A model generated the notes under the pieces. The model worked only from the letters and a program-made list of their open reading frames with translations. It was not told the origin of the DNA and made no database searches. The translations under genes and the position numbers were made by a program. Positions 25,860 to 34,519 of a DNA stretch of 54,567 bases are shown in pieces. How positions within the stretch are numbered: position 1 is the first letter of the stretch; each line of letters starts with the position of its first letter. The stretch covers positions 1-54,567 of the forward strand of contig JAFGED010000206.1 in assembly GCA_016931785.1 (NCBI GenBank), written 5' to 3'. This stretch comes from Anaerolineae bacterium (GTDB lineage: Bacteria > Chloroflexota > Anaerolineae > B4-G1).

Positions 25860-28128
25860 GCGAATGGCGCACTGGGTGCTGGCGGTCATCCTGATCCTCT
25901 TCGTGTGCCTTGGGCTGGCCTACGCCTTCACCACTCCCACGCTGGAAGCCCCCGACGAGATCCATCACTACGACTATATCCGCAGCCTGGCCAACACCGG
26001 CGGCCCGCCGGGGATAAAAGAGGGTGAAAAGAGCTTTAGCAATCACGCGCCGCTGTACTATGCGATCGGCGCGCTGGGCTCGTTTTGGGTCGGGGAGAAC
26101 GACCTTGATGCCTGGCGCGCGCGCTACAACCCCTTCTTTGGCTACCGGTTCGGCGACGTAGGGCGGGATAACAAGAACATCTACCTTCACCCCGACGACG
26201 ACCGTTTTGGCGCGAGCGATACCTGGCTGGGCGTCCGCGTGGTGCGCGCGCTTTCGGTGCTGATGGGCGCGGTGACGGTCTGGGCTACCTTTCGTGTCGG
26301 GCGGGAGGTGTTCCCCGAGCAGCCGGAGATGGCGGTGGGGGCTGCGGGCCTGGCGGCCTTTATCCCCGAGTTCCTCTTCATCTCCGGGGCGGTCAACGAC
26401 GATAACGGCGCGGCCCTCTTCGGCGCGCTGGCCCTGTGGGCGATGGTGCGCATCCTGCGCCAGGGTTTCAACGCGCGCCGCTGTTTGGGACTGGGACTGG
26501 CTCTGGGCCTGGGCTTGCTCTCCAAGCTGACGGTGATCGCGCTGCTGCCGACGGCGGGCCTGGTGGTGATCCTGGCCGCGTGGCGGAATCGATCCTGGCG
26601 CGAGATGGTTCTTTGGGGACTCGTCATCTTTGGTGTGGCGGCGTTGATCGGCATGCCCTGGTTCGTCCGCCAGGTCCTGCTTCACGGCGACCCCATCGGC
26701 CTATCGCAGGAGCAGGAGGGGTTTGGGGAGCCGGAGCGCGCGCCTTCCCTGGCCGACCTGTGGCCCGATCTCTATTGGCTGCGCACCTCATTCTGGGGCC
26801 GCTTGGGCGCTAACCAGATTCCTCTCTCAAGGTGGATCTACGTCGCACTGGATATCGTCACGCTGGTGGCCCTTGGAGGCCTCGTGCGGTGGATCGTGCT
26901 CCGGCGCGGGTCCATCCGGTCCCCAATCGTTCGACCGGGCGCTCACGCCGAAGTCTCCAATCTCCGATCTCCTTCTGCCGTTCGTACGTTACAGCTAACG
27001 GTTCTGGCAGTTGCCTTTCTCTTTACCTTCGGCCCCATGGTCGTGCGCCGCTTCCTCCGGCCGATGCCCAACTTTGGGCGCTACCTCTTTCCGGTGCTGC
27101 CGGCCATCGTGCTGCTTCTGTTCACCGGCTTGCGGGCCTGGCTGACCCGCCGCTGCCCCCCTCGCCTGGCCTTGAGTGTCACGGCTGCGATGCTGATGTT
27201 GGGGGTCGCCGCGCTGGTCTTTTTCCTGGCGCCGGCCTACTCTCGCCCACCTATCTACGATATTGCAAGCGCGCCGCAGCCGGAGCACCGGTTAAACTGG
27301 GTCTACCTGGAGGGGGAGCACCCCTTGGCTCGCCTTCTCGGCTACGATCTCGCTCAGGATGAGGTCGAGCCGGGCGAGACGCTGCGCGTGGTCCTGTATT
27401 GGGAGGCGCTGGCGGATACCGACGTCAACTACGTCCTCTTCGCACAGCTTTTCGGGCGGCAGGCGGCGACGGTGGGGCAGCGGGATACCTACACCGGCTT
27501 GGGACACTATCCCCCGTCCTTCTGGAAGCCCGGCCAGGTGATCGTCGACGAGGTGTTTATCCCCGTTGCCCCGGACGCTTTCGGCCCCAGCAAGCTGCGG
27601 CTTGACGTGGGCCTCTACCGGCGGGAGAGTGGAGAGCGGCTGGACGTGGCGGATGCGGCGGGTAACCCGGTAGGCGCGGCGACGATCGGCTGGCTGAAGC
27701 TGGCCGCGATGAAAGAGCTTCCCGCCCCCGAGGCCGCCACCGACTACCGGTTTGGGGACGGCATCGCCCTCGTCGGCTACGATCTGGAGGAGGATGGTCA
27801 AGAGCTGCGCCTCATCCTGCATTGGGCCTCCCTGGCCCCGGTGGATCGGGATTATACCGTCTTTGTGCACCTGGTCGGCCCGGATGGCGCGCTGGCCCAG
27901 GCCGATGGCCCACCCGCAGGCGGCGACTACCCGACCTCCCTGTGGGAGTATGGCGAGATCGTCTTTGACGAGCGGTCGATCCCCACGCAGGATTTGCCCG
28001 CGGGCACGTATCACCTGCGCCTGGGGATGTATCTCCTCGAGACCGGCGTGCGGCTGCCTGCCCTCGATACCAGCGGCGAGCGCCTGCCCGATGACGTGGT
28101 GGAGCTGGTGGAGGTGGAGCGGCCGTGA
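25852..28128 (+). CDS. Type-C PMT_2/ArnT-like GT-C glycosyltransferase with two shared C-terminal modules
   Basis: ATG 25852 follows AGGAGG (25842-25847) and overlaps the upstream gene by 8 nt. MSERMAHW.., first loop TLEAPDEIHHYDY, NHAPLYYAIGAL. Modules LLGYDLAQ..VVLYWEA.. and LVGYDLEE..LILHWAS..DYTVFVHLVGPDGALAQADGPP..YPTSLWEYGE. Confidence 0.9.
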   Translation: MSERMAHWVLAVILILFVCLGLAYAFTTPTLEAPDEIHHYDYIRSLANTGGPPGIKEGEKSFSNHAPLYYAIGALGSFWVGENDLDAWRARYNPFFGYRFGDVGRDNKNIYLHPDDDRFGASDTWLGVRVVRALSVLMGAVTVWATFRVGREVFPEQPEMAVGAAGLAAFIPEFLFISGAVNDDNGAALFGALALWAMVRILRQGFNARRCLGLGLALGLGLLSKLTVIALLPTAGLVVILAAWRNRSWREMVLWGLVIFGVAALIGMPWFVRQVLLHGDPIGLSQEQEGFGEPERAPSLADLWPDLYWLRTSFWGRLGANQIPLSRWIYVALDIVTLVALGGLVRWIVLRRGSIRSPIVRPGAHAEVSNLRSPSAVRTLQLTVLAVAFLFTFGPMVVRRFLRPMPNFGRYLFPVLPAIVLLLFTGLRAWLTRRCPPRLALSVTAAMLMLGVAALVFFLAPAYSRPPIYDIASAPQPEHRLNWVYLEGEHPLARLLGYDLAQDEVEPGETLRVVLYWEALADTDVNYVLFAQLFGRQAATVGQRDTYTGLGHYPPSFWKPGQVIVDEVFIPVAPDAFGPSKLRLDVGLYRRESGERLDVADAAGNPVGAATIGWLKLAAMKELPAPEAATDYRFGDGIALVGYDLEEDGQELRLILHWASLAPVDRDYTVFVHLVGPDGALAQADGPPAGGDYPTSLWEYGEIVFDERSIPTQDLPAGTYHLRLGMYLLETGVRLPALDTSGERLPDDVVELVEVERP

Positions 28129-30455
28129 GCGAGCGGGCGGCGCGTTGGTCTCTGGCCTTGATCGTGATGGGCTACCTGGGCTTGGGCGCGGCCTACAGCC
28201 TGGTCAATCCCGTCTTTGAAAGCCCGGACGAGGCGCTGAACTATGCCAACGTCCGCTTCTTTGTCGAGGAGCGGAGCCTGCCGGTGCTGGAGCCGGACGA
28301 GGTGAGCAAGGCGCACCACCCGCCGCTTTACTATGTCCTCGGGGCGCTCGTCACCTTCTGGGTGCCCGACGAGAACTTTGACGCCATCGTCGCGCGGACG
28401 AACCCCTTCTGGGCGTATCGGCTGGAGCCCGGCGTGGACAACAAGAGCCTGTACCTGCACGATCCCGCGCTGGAGGGCTTGCGCGACGCAGCCCTGGGGG
28501 TTCTCTTGGTGCGCTGGCTTTCACTGCTGATGGGGGCCGGGACGATCCTCTGCGTGTACGGCACGGCGCGGGAGCTATTTCTGCAAAGGCGGGCGCTGGC
28601 GGTGAGCTCGGCAGCGCTGGTGGCCTTCAACCCGATGTTCCTCTTCATCAGCGCGTCGGTCCACGACGACCCGCTGGCGAATCTGGTGGCGGCAGGCGTG
28701 CTGTGCGTGACCGCGCGGATTCTGGCGCGCGGCGCGACGGTGCGGCGGGCCGTGGTTCTCGGCCTGTTGGTGGGGCTGGCCGTTCTGACCAAGCTGACCT
28801 GCCTGCTGGTGGTGCCCACCGCGGGATTGGCGTTGTTGTATGGGACTCTGACCGGGCGCGGTGCCGTGGCCGCGATTTCGCCCGTGCTTTGCACGGCGCG
28901 CGCGCGGTTGGGAAACCGCGCCTACCTTGCCGTGCGCGATGGATGGTTGCAGGTGCTCAAGGTAGGTGCAGTCGTTACCGTCGTGGCGCTCCTGGTGGGC
29001 GGGTGGTGGTTCGTGCGCAACCAGGTCCTCTACGGCGATCCCACCAGCATGGGACGCCAGGTGGAGGCGTGGGAGGATGAAAGGCCAAATGGCCCAGATG
29101 TCATTGCGGCGCTGCGCGAGCTGGGTTTCCTGCACGATTCCGCCTGGGGGGCCTTTGGCTACGGCCAGATTCCCATGCCGGGCTGGGTTTATGGATTGGC
29201 GCGGCTGCTGGGGCTGGTGGCCGTAGGCGGGCTCGTCCTGTTCTGGATACGCCGCCGGGCCGGGCGAGCCGATTGGGAGCAGCCGCCACTCGCGCTGCTG
29301 ATCGTGCTCAGCGGCCCGCTGGTGGTTTTCCTGATCGTCTTTGTCCGCATGGTCTCTATCGATACGGCCAATTTTGGCCGCTACCTCTTCGTCTCGCTGG
29401 CGTTCCTGGCCCCGCTCTACGTGCTGGGGCTGAGCGAGTGGCTGCGGCCTCGCGCCCGCCGCCGGCTGCCGCTTGGGCTGGCCGTCGCCACGCTCGCCCT
29501 GGCGCTCTTTGCCCTCCTCGGCGTGCTGCGGCCCGCTTATGCACCCCCTGCGATGCTCTCCGTCGAAAAGGTTCAGGCTTGCACCCAGGCGGCCGACCTG
29601 CGTTTCGGCGACCGCTCTGGCGGCGCGATCCATCTGGTCGGCTATGACGCCGACCGCGACCGCGTCCTGCCGGGCAGCGAGGTGGCCGTCACACTCTGCT
29701 GGCAGGCGCTCGCGCCGATGGAAGCCGACTATGTCTACTTTGTTCACGTCCTCGGCCCGCAGGAGAGCAAGGTCGGCGCGCGCGATACGCATCCCGGCCT
29801 GGGCCGCTACCCCACGAGCCGCTGGGTGCCGGGCGACGCCTTCTGCGATGTCGTGCGCGTCCCGGTGGAGCCTTGGGCGCCTGCCCCCGCCGTCTACGAC
29901 GTCGTGGTGGGATGGTATCTCTACGAGGGGGGAAAGGTCAAAGAGCACCTGCCCGCCTTCGACGCGAGCGGCGCGCCGCTTGGGCTGGTGGCGCTGGACA
30001 AGGTCAAGGTCAGGCCCGAGTCGTACGCCGCTGTCGAGGCGCCCAATCGGCTCGATGCCGACCTGGGCGGGCAGGTCACGCTGCTGGGCTACGAGGCGGG
30101 CAAGCTGGAGGTGGCCCCCGGCGATGCGGTGAGCGTCACGCTCTACTGGGCGGCCCAAGCCCCCGTGCCTGCCGATTACACCGTCTTTCTCCACCTCGCC
30201 GCACCGGAGGGGCCGCCCTACGCCCAGGCCGATGGCCAGCCTCGACACGGCGCTTATCCGACCTCCTTCTGGGACGCGGGCGAGGTCGTGCGCGATACAC
30301 GCACCATCGTCGTCCCCGCCGACCTGCCCCCGGGCGACTATCCGCTGGTGGCGGGGATGTATCTCTTGGAGACGGGTGAGCGGCTGCGCTGGCTGGCACC
30401 TGATGGGAGCGCCCAGGGCGATGCCGCGCCCTTGGCGACGCTGACTGTGCGCTGA
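28125..30455 (+). CDS. Type-C PMT_2/ArnT-like GT-C glycosyltransferase with two shared C-terminal modules
   Basis: GTG 28125 is in a GTGA overlap with the upstream stop. MSERAARW.., VFESPDEALNY, HHPPLYYVLGAL. Modules LVGYDAD..VTLCWQA.. and LLGYEAG..VTLYWAA..DYTVFLHLAAPEG..YPTSFWDAGEVV..GDYPLVAGMYLLETGERL. Confidence 0.9.
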   Translation: MSERAARWSLALIVMGYLGLGAAYSLVNPVFESPDEALNYANVRFFVEERSLPVLEPDEVSKAHHPPLYYVLGALVTFWVPDENFDAIVARTNPFWAYRLEPGVDNKSLYLHDPALEGLRDAALGVLLVRWLSLLMGAGTILCVYGTARELFLQRRALAVSSAALVAFNPMFLFISASVHDDPLANLVAAGVLCVTARILARGATVRRAVVLGLLVGLAVLTKLTCLLVVPTAGLALLYGTLTGRGAVAAISPVLCTARARLGNRAYLAVRDGWLQVLKVGAVVTVVALLVGGWWFVRNQVLYGDPTSMGRQVEAWEDERPNGPDVIAALRELGFLHDSAWGAFGYGQIPMPGWVYGLARLLGLVAVGGLVLFWIRRRAGRADWEQPPLALLIVLSGPLVVFLIVFVRMVSIDTANFGRYLFVSLAFLAPLYVLGLSEWLRPRARRRLPLGLAVATLALALFALLGVLRPAYAPPAMLSVEKVQACTQAADLRFGDRSGGAIHLVGYDADRDRVLPGSEVAVTLCWQALAPMEADYVYFVHVLGPQESKVGARDTHPGLGRYPTSRWVPGDAFCDVVRVPVEPWAPAPAVYDVVVGWYLYEGGKVKEHLPAFDASGAPLGLVALDKVKVRPESYAAVEAPNRLDADLGGQVTLLGYEAGKLEVAPGDAVSVTLYWAAQAPVPADYTVFLHLAAPEGPPYAQADGQPRHGAYPTSFWDAGEVVRDTRTIVVPADLPPGDYPLVAGMYLLETGERLRWLAPDGSAQGDAAPLATLTVR

Positions 30456-30528
30456 AGGCGTTTTTCAGTTTTTGGGCAAGAGTGACGCTGTAACGGCCAA
30501 CGCGAATGCAGAGCCCCGATTGCTTCAG

Positions 30529-30717
30529 AATTGAAATGGGTGTGTTTCATTTCAGTTGGGCCGCTCGTTGCCCGGCGATCAATCGCCGGGCTAGCGAAGC
30601 CGCGCCCCGTTTACGGGGCTGAAAAAGCCGGGTTGACCCGGCTTTGCCCCTTAGCCCGGATGTTTACGTCCGGGCGACGCCGGAATTCAACTCATTTGAA
30701 ACACACCCAATTGAAAT
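30529..30717. mobile_element. MITE-like element A: 171-bp body (30538..30708) with perfect 12-bp terminal inverted repeats, four internal GC hairpins and a 9-bp target-site duplication
   Basis: TIRs GGGTGTGTTTCA (30538-30549) and TGAAACACACCC (30697-30708). Direct repeats AATTGAAAT at 30529-30537 and 30709-30717. Internal palindromes CCCGGCGAT/ATCGCCGGG (30571-30590), GCCCCG/CGGGGC (30604-30619), AGCCGGG/CCCGGCT (30626-30643) and GCCCGGA/TCCGGGC (30654-30675). Confidence 0.65.
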
Positions 30718-30730
30718 ACGCCCGCGTGCC

Positions 30731-30758
30731 TTGAATTTACCGCGTAATAGGGTAGAAT
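30731..30758 (+). promoter_or_regulatory. Sigma70-like promoter of the ZIP transporter gene (-35 TTGAAT, 16 nt, -10 TAGAAT)
   Basis: TTGAAT at 30731-30736 and TAGAAT at 30753-30758, then AAGGAG (30778-30783) and ATG 30790. Confidence 0.6.
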
Positions 30759-30789
30759 TCGGGTCCAAACCGTCGGGAAGGAGATCGAG

Positions 30790-31605
30790 ATGGTCGAATG
30801 GTTTCAGGGATTGAGTCCCATTGTGCAGGCCCTGGTAGGCACCTGTTTTACCTGGTTTGTGACCGCACTGGGAGCGGGCTTGGTTTTTTTCTTCAAGAGC
30901 ATTAATCGCAAGGTCCTGGATGGCATGCTGGGCTTTGCCGCCGGCGTCATGATCGCCGCGAGTTATTGGTCGCTGCTGGCCCCGGCCATCGAGATGGCCG
31001 AGGAATCAGGTGGATTGCCTGCCTGGCTCCCGGCCGCCGGTGGGTTTCTGCTAGGCGGTGCGTTTCTCTGGCTTATAGATAAGCTGCTGCCTCACCTGCA
31101 CCTTGGGCTTCCCATCGAGGAGGCGGAGGGCATCAAGACGAGTTGGCAGCGCAGCATCTTGCTGGTGTTGGCGATCACGCTGCACAATATCCCGGAGGGG
31201 CTGGCCGTGGGCGTGGCCTTTGGCGCTGTGGCGGCCAATCTGCCGGCGGCGACGCTGGCTGGCGCGGGCGCTCTGGCGCTGGGCATCGGTATCCAGAACT
31301 TTCCCGAGGGAGCTGCCGTCTCCGTGCCCCTGCGCAGGGAGAATATCTCCCGTCTCAAGAGCTTTTGGTATGGTCAGGTGTCCGGGATGGTTGAGCCTGT
31401 CGCAGGTCTGCTCGGCGCGGCGGCGGTCCTGTTGATGCGGCCCATCCTGCCCTACGCGCTGGCCTTTGCCGCCGGAGCGATGATCTATGTGGTCGTCGAG
31501 GAACTCATCCCCGAATCGCAGTTGGAGACGAGTACCGACGTCGCCACCATCGGCGCGATGCTGGGCTTTGCGGTGATGATGACGCTGGACGTGGCGTTGG
31601 GTTAG
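30790..31605 (+). CDS. ZIP family divalent metal transporter (ZupT/GufA-like)
   Basis: 271 aa, polytopic. ZIP signature [18 protein letters not shown] and [17 protein letters not shown]. Confidence 0.85.
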   Translation: MVEWFQGLSPIVQALVGTCFTWFVTALGAGLVFFFKSINRKVLDGMLGFAAGVMIAASYWSLLAPAIEMAEESGGLPAWLPAAGGFLLGGAFLWLIDKLLPHLHLGLPIEEAEGIKTSWQRSILLVLAITLHNIPEGLAVGVAFGAVAANLPAATLAGAGALALGIGIQNFPEGAAVSVPLRRENISRLKSFWYGQVSGMVEPVAGLLGAAAVLLMRPILPYALAFAAGAMIYVVVEELIPESQLETSTDVATIGAMLGFAVMMTLDVALG

Positions 31606-31702
31606 GCTATACTCTGACCATTCCCGCTCACCGGTGGATGATCTTGCCGGTGGCGGGGATGTGTGTTTATGGGGCCTTGAGTTTCCCACCAGATGGGGTA
31701 AA

Positions 31703-34519
31703 ATGCGTTCTATGCCTTCAACCTCGGTTGTTCGTCCGGCTTCGCCTTGGATGCGCTGGGCGCTCATTTTGCTCATCGCCGTCTCCTTTGCCGTGCGTCT
31801 GTACGCTCTCGACGCCAAGAGCCTGTGGAGCGACGAGGGGCTGTCGCTCCGCCGGGCCGAGCAGCCGCTTTTCCTCATCTTCAAGAACCTCAACCTGATC
31901 CCCGTCGATCCCAATTACTACGATGGCGGCGAGGAAGGACGAATCGCGCCCTCGCCCGATCTCCATCCACCGCTTTACTTTTTGATGATGCGTTTTTGGA
32001 TTTGGATGGCGGGGGAAAGCGAGTTTGCGCTGCGTTTTCCCTCGGCCGTGGCGGCGACTCTGGCGCTGCCGCTGCTCTATGCCCTGGCGCGCAGGCTCCT
32101 GGGAGCGGAAACGGGACTTTGGGCGGCGCTGCTGGGGGCGGTTTCTCCTTTCTACCTGTGGTATGCTCAGGAAGCGCGGATGTACACCTGGGTCGTCGTC
32201 CTCGGCCTGGCCTCGGTCTACACACTGCTGCCGCTGCTCAAGGGCCGGCCGCGTCTCCGCGACTATGCAGTCTACACCGCGGTGACCCTGGCCCTGTTGT
32301 ACACCCACTATTCGGGTTTCCTGCTGCTGGGGTTCGAGGTGATCGTCTATGGCGTGCGCCGTCTACGCCTCCGTGCGCGCCGCCTGTGGAGTCGCCCGTG
32401 GATTGTCCTGATCGTTCTGGTGGCCCTGGCCGCGGCGCTCGTGCCCCTCGTCCCCTACGCCTGGCGCACCCTCCAACTACGCGGCATCTTTGCCCTGGAA
32501 TATCGCCCGCTGCATCTCATCCTGGCGGAGGCGTGGAGTTCCTTCAGCCTGGGGCTGCGCAACCCGGTCATCCAGCCGCTCTGGCAGACGGCCCCGTTTC
32601 TGATCGTCTTTGCCGTCGGCACAGCGGCCCTGTTCCTTTCGCGCCGGCGCGAGGCCTGGATGGTCTGCCTGGGGTACCTGCTGCTGCCGATCCTCTTGCT
32701 GTACGCGCTTTCGCTCGTCAAGCCCAACTATATGAACCCGCGCCACCTGATGGTGGTCAGCCCTGCCTGGGAGCTGGTGATGGCCTATGGCCTGGCGACC
32801 CTGCGGCGGCGGCTGTGGCCTGGGCTGCTCGTTGCCCTGGCCTGCGTGCTCGCGCTGCGTGGATGGGCGGGTTACGAGATTTTTACCTCCCACGATATGT
32901 GGAAGGACGACATCCGGGGGGCGGTGCAGTACATCGAGGAGCGCGCGCGGCCCGGCGACGCGATCGTGCTCCATCACCACGTGATCCGCCTCACGTTCGA
33001 CTATTACTACGACGGCCCTTACCCCGAGGCCGTTATCCCAATCTACTATCACGCGTATGATACCAAGGCGTTTCGCGAGAGGTCGCTGAAGGATTTTGCG
33101 GCCTGGGCGCAGGAATACGACCGCATCTGGTTCCTGTATGGCCCACCACCGACGTATTTCCCCCACGATCTCTTGCCCGATTGGGCTGGCGACAACCTGT
33201 TCAAGGTCGAGCAGCGCAGCTTTGAGGCGTGGTGGACCTACGTGGCCGTGGCGGCGTACGACGACGGCCCGCCGCTTTTCGACGTGTTGCCGGACGACGC
33301 CAGGCCCCTCGATTTGGATTTCGGTGGGCTGCGCTTGGTGGGCTACCGCGCGCCAGAGACCGCCGCCGGGGAGAATGCCTGGCTGGCGTTCTACTGGCGG
33401 AGCGAGGGGGACCTACCCGACGAGCCTCTCACGCTGGCCGTCAGGTTGCGCGACGAGGCGGGCGGCGTGTGGCTCGAGCGGACGGAGCAGGTGCTGCCCT
33501 TTTATCCGCAGGCCGCCTGGCCGGACGCCGCGATCGTGATGACCGAGTTTCGCCTCCCGCTGCCCGGCGACATGCCGCCGGTGAGCTTTGCCGTGGAGGT
33601 GACGCCGGTCGGCTGGGGAGATGCGGCGGCAGTGGGGCGATTGAGCGTGACCCGCCCTGGCGCGCGTGGCCAGGCGCCATCCCCCAAGGCGCGTTTCGAG
33701 GGGGGCATCGAGCTTTTGTCCGGCGAGTTGGCCGGCGACACGTTCCGCGCGGGGCATCCGCTGCTGGGGGCGCTCTCTTGGCGAGCCGCTGCTGCGCCCG
33801 CCGGCGACTATCGGCTGCGGGTGCGCCTCGTTGATCTGCTGGGCCGCGAGGTCGCCGCCGGGGAGATGGCGCCCAGCGCCGCCGGGTTCCCCACCAGCGC
33901 CTGGCTCCCCGACGACCGCGTGGCGGGCCACGTAGCGCTTGCCCTGCCCGCCGATCTGAAGGGGGGCGCCTACCGGCTACAGGTTGGCCTGGCGGATGCC
34001 GGCGGCGCGGCGGTGCCGGTGCGCCGCTGGTACGGCAGCAGCGACTGGGTCGCCGTGGGCCGCGTGCGCGTGGAGGCCTGGCCGCTGGAGACCAAGCTGC
34101 CCGATGGCGTCGAGTTCCTGCTGGAGGACGTGCGGCTGGGCGATGCGATTCGCCTGCGCGGCTACGATCTGACCCAGGAGGACGACGCCCTGGCGCTGAC
34201 CCTCTACTGGCAGGCGGACGCGCCGCCGGAGGCCAACTGCCACGTCTTTGTCCACGTGGGCGCGCCAGACGCGCCGCCCGTCGCCCAGGCCGATGGCGTG
34301 CCGGTCGATTGGCAGCGCCCCACGACGACCTGGCGCGCGGGCGAGGTCGTCGCCGATGCGTACACCATCTCCCTTGCCGGGGTGGAGCCGGGGCGGTATA
34401 ATCTCCTCGTCGGCATGTACGATCCGGCGGCCGGCGGGCAGCGCCCCAAGACCAGCGTGGGCGGCGAGGTCGTCCCCGGCGGGTACGTCCTGCTGCGAGA
34501 GGTAGAGGTAGCGAAATGA
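31703..34519 (+). CDS. Type-D PMT_2/GT39-like GT-C glycosyltransferase with three shared C-terminal modules
   Basis: ORF 31634..34519. ATG 31703 (MRSMPST) or ATG 31751 (MRWALILL) are candidate starts. LYALDAKSLWSDEGLSL, DLHPPLYFLMM. Modules at about 33320 (LVGYRAP..AFYWRS), 33700 (LLSGEL..LSWRA..FPTSAW) and 34130 (LRGYDLTQ..LTLYWQA..HVFVHVG..RPTTTWRAGEVV..GRYNLLVGMYDP). Confidence 0.85.
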   Translation: MRSMPSTSVVRPASPWMRWALILLIAVSFAVRLYALDAKSLWSDEGLSLRRAEQPLFLIFKNLNLIPVDPNYYDGGEEGRIAPSPDLHPPLYFLMMRFWIWMAGESEFALRFPSAVAATLALPLLYALARRLLGAETGLWAALLGAVSPFYLWYAQEARMYTWVVVLGLASVYTLLPLLKGRPRLRDYAVYTAVTLALLYTHYSGFLLLGFEVIVYGVRRLRLRARRLWSRPWIVLIVLVALAAALVPLVPYAWRTLQLRGIFALEYRPLHLILAEAWSSFSLGLRNPVIQPLWQTAPFLIVFAVGTAALFLSRRREAWMVCLGYLLLPILLLYALSLVKPNYMNPRHLMVVSPAWELVMAYGLATLRRRLWPGLLVALACVLALRGWAGYEIFTSHDMWKDDIRGAVQYIEERARPGDAIVLHHHVIRLTFDYYYDGPYPEAVIPIYYHAYDTKAFRERSLKDFAAWAQEYDRIWFLYGPPPTYFPHDLLPDWAGDNLFKVEQRSFEAWWTYVAVAAYDDGPPLFDVLPDDARPLDLDFGGLRLVGYRAPETAAGENAWLAFYWRSEGDLPDEPLTLAVRLRDEAGGVWLERTEQVLPFYPQAAWPDAAIVMTEFRLPLPGDMPPVSFAVEVTPVGWGDAAAVGRLSVTRPGARGQAPSPKARFEGGIELLSGELAGDTFRAGHPLLGALSWRAAAAPAGDYRLRVRLVDLLGREVAAGEMAPSAAGFPTSAWLPDDRVAGHVALALPADLKGGAYRLQVGLADAGGAAVPVRRWYGSSDWVAVGRVRVEAWPLETKLPDGVEFLLEDVRLGDAIRLRGYDLTQEDDALALTLYWQADAPPEANCHVFVHVGAPDAPPVAQADGVPVDWQRPTTTWRAGEVVADAYTISLAGVEPGRYNLLVGMYDPAAGGQRPKTSVGGEVVPGGYVLLREVEVAK

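Noticed and set aside
28575-30248. 557-aa minus-strand ORF. The same applies to 37647..39071, 33441..34556, 24723..25610, 25840..26685, 31051..31914 and 40515..41468.
   Set aside because: All lie antisense within well-supported + strand genes and have Arg/Pro/Gly-rich translations. They are stop-poor frames expected at this G+C content.
30452-30473. Weak hairpin CTGAA-N7-TTCAG followed by TTTTT after the gene ending at 30455, considered as a terminator
   Set aside because: The stem is only 5 bp and AT-rich, too weak to call with confidence. The adjacent MITE hairpins are more likely to influence termination.
30538-30708. Possible CRISPR repeat, riboswitch for the ZIP transporter, or tRNA-like cloverleaf
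   Set aside because: The GTTTCA...ATTGAAAT-like ends resemble CRISPR repeat termini, but there is only one inverted pair and no repeat-spacer periodicity. The ZIP promoter (30731-30758) lies downstream of the element, so it is probably not in that gene's leader. At 171 nt with four similar CCGGG hairpins it has no tRNA features. TIRs plus a 9-bp direct duplication fit a MITE better.
30790-31605. ZIP transporter as a functional member of the glycosylation array
   Set aside because: It has its own promoter and SD, is separated from the upstream unit by a mobile element, and belongs to an unrelated metal-uptake family. It is most simply a passenger gene, although read-through into the gene at 31703 cannot be excluded.
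31747-33060. 437-aa + strand ORF in an alternative frame of the type-D gene. The same applies to 35115..35957, 38264..39016, 29473..30132 and 24952..25488.
   Set aside because: These are out-of-frame overlaps with genes that carry conserved motifs. The translations are Arg/Ala/Pro/Gly runs with no family signal.
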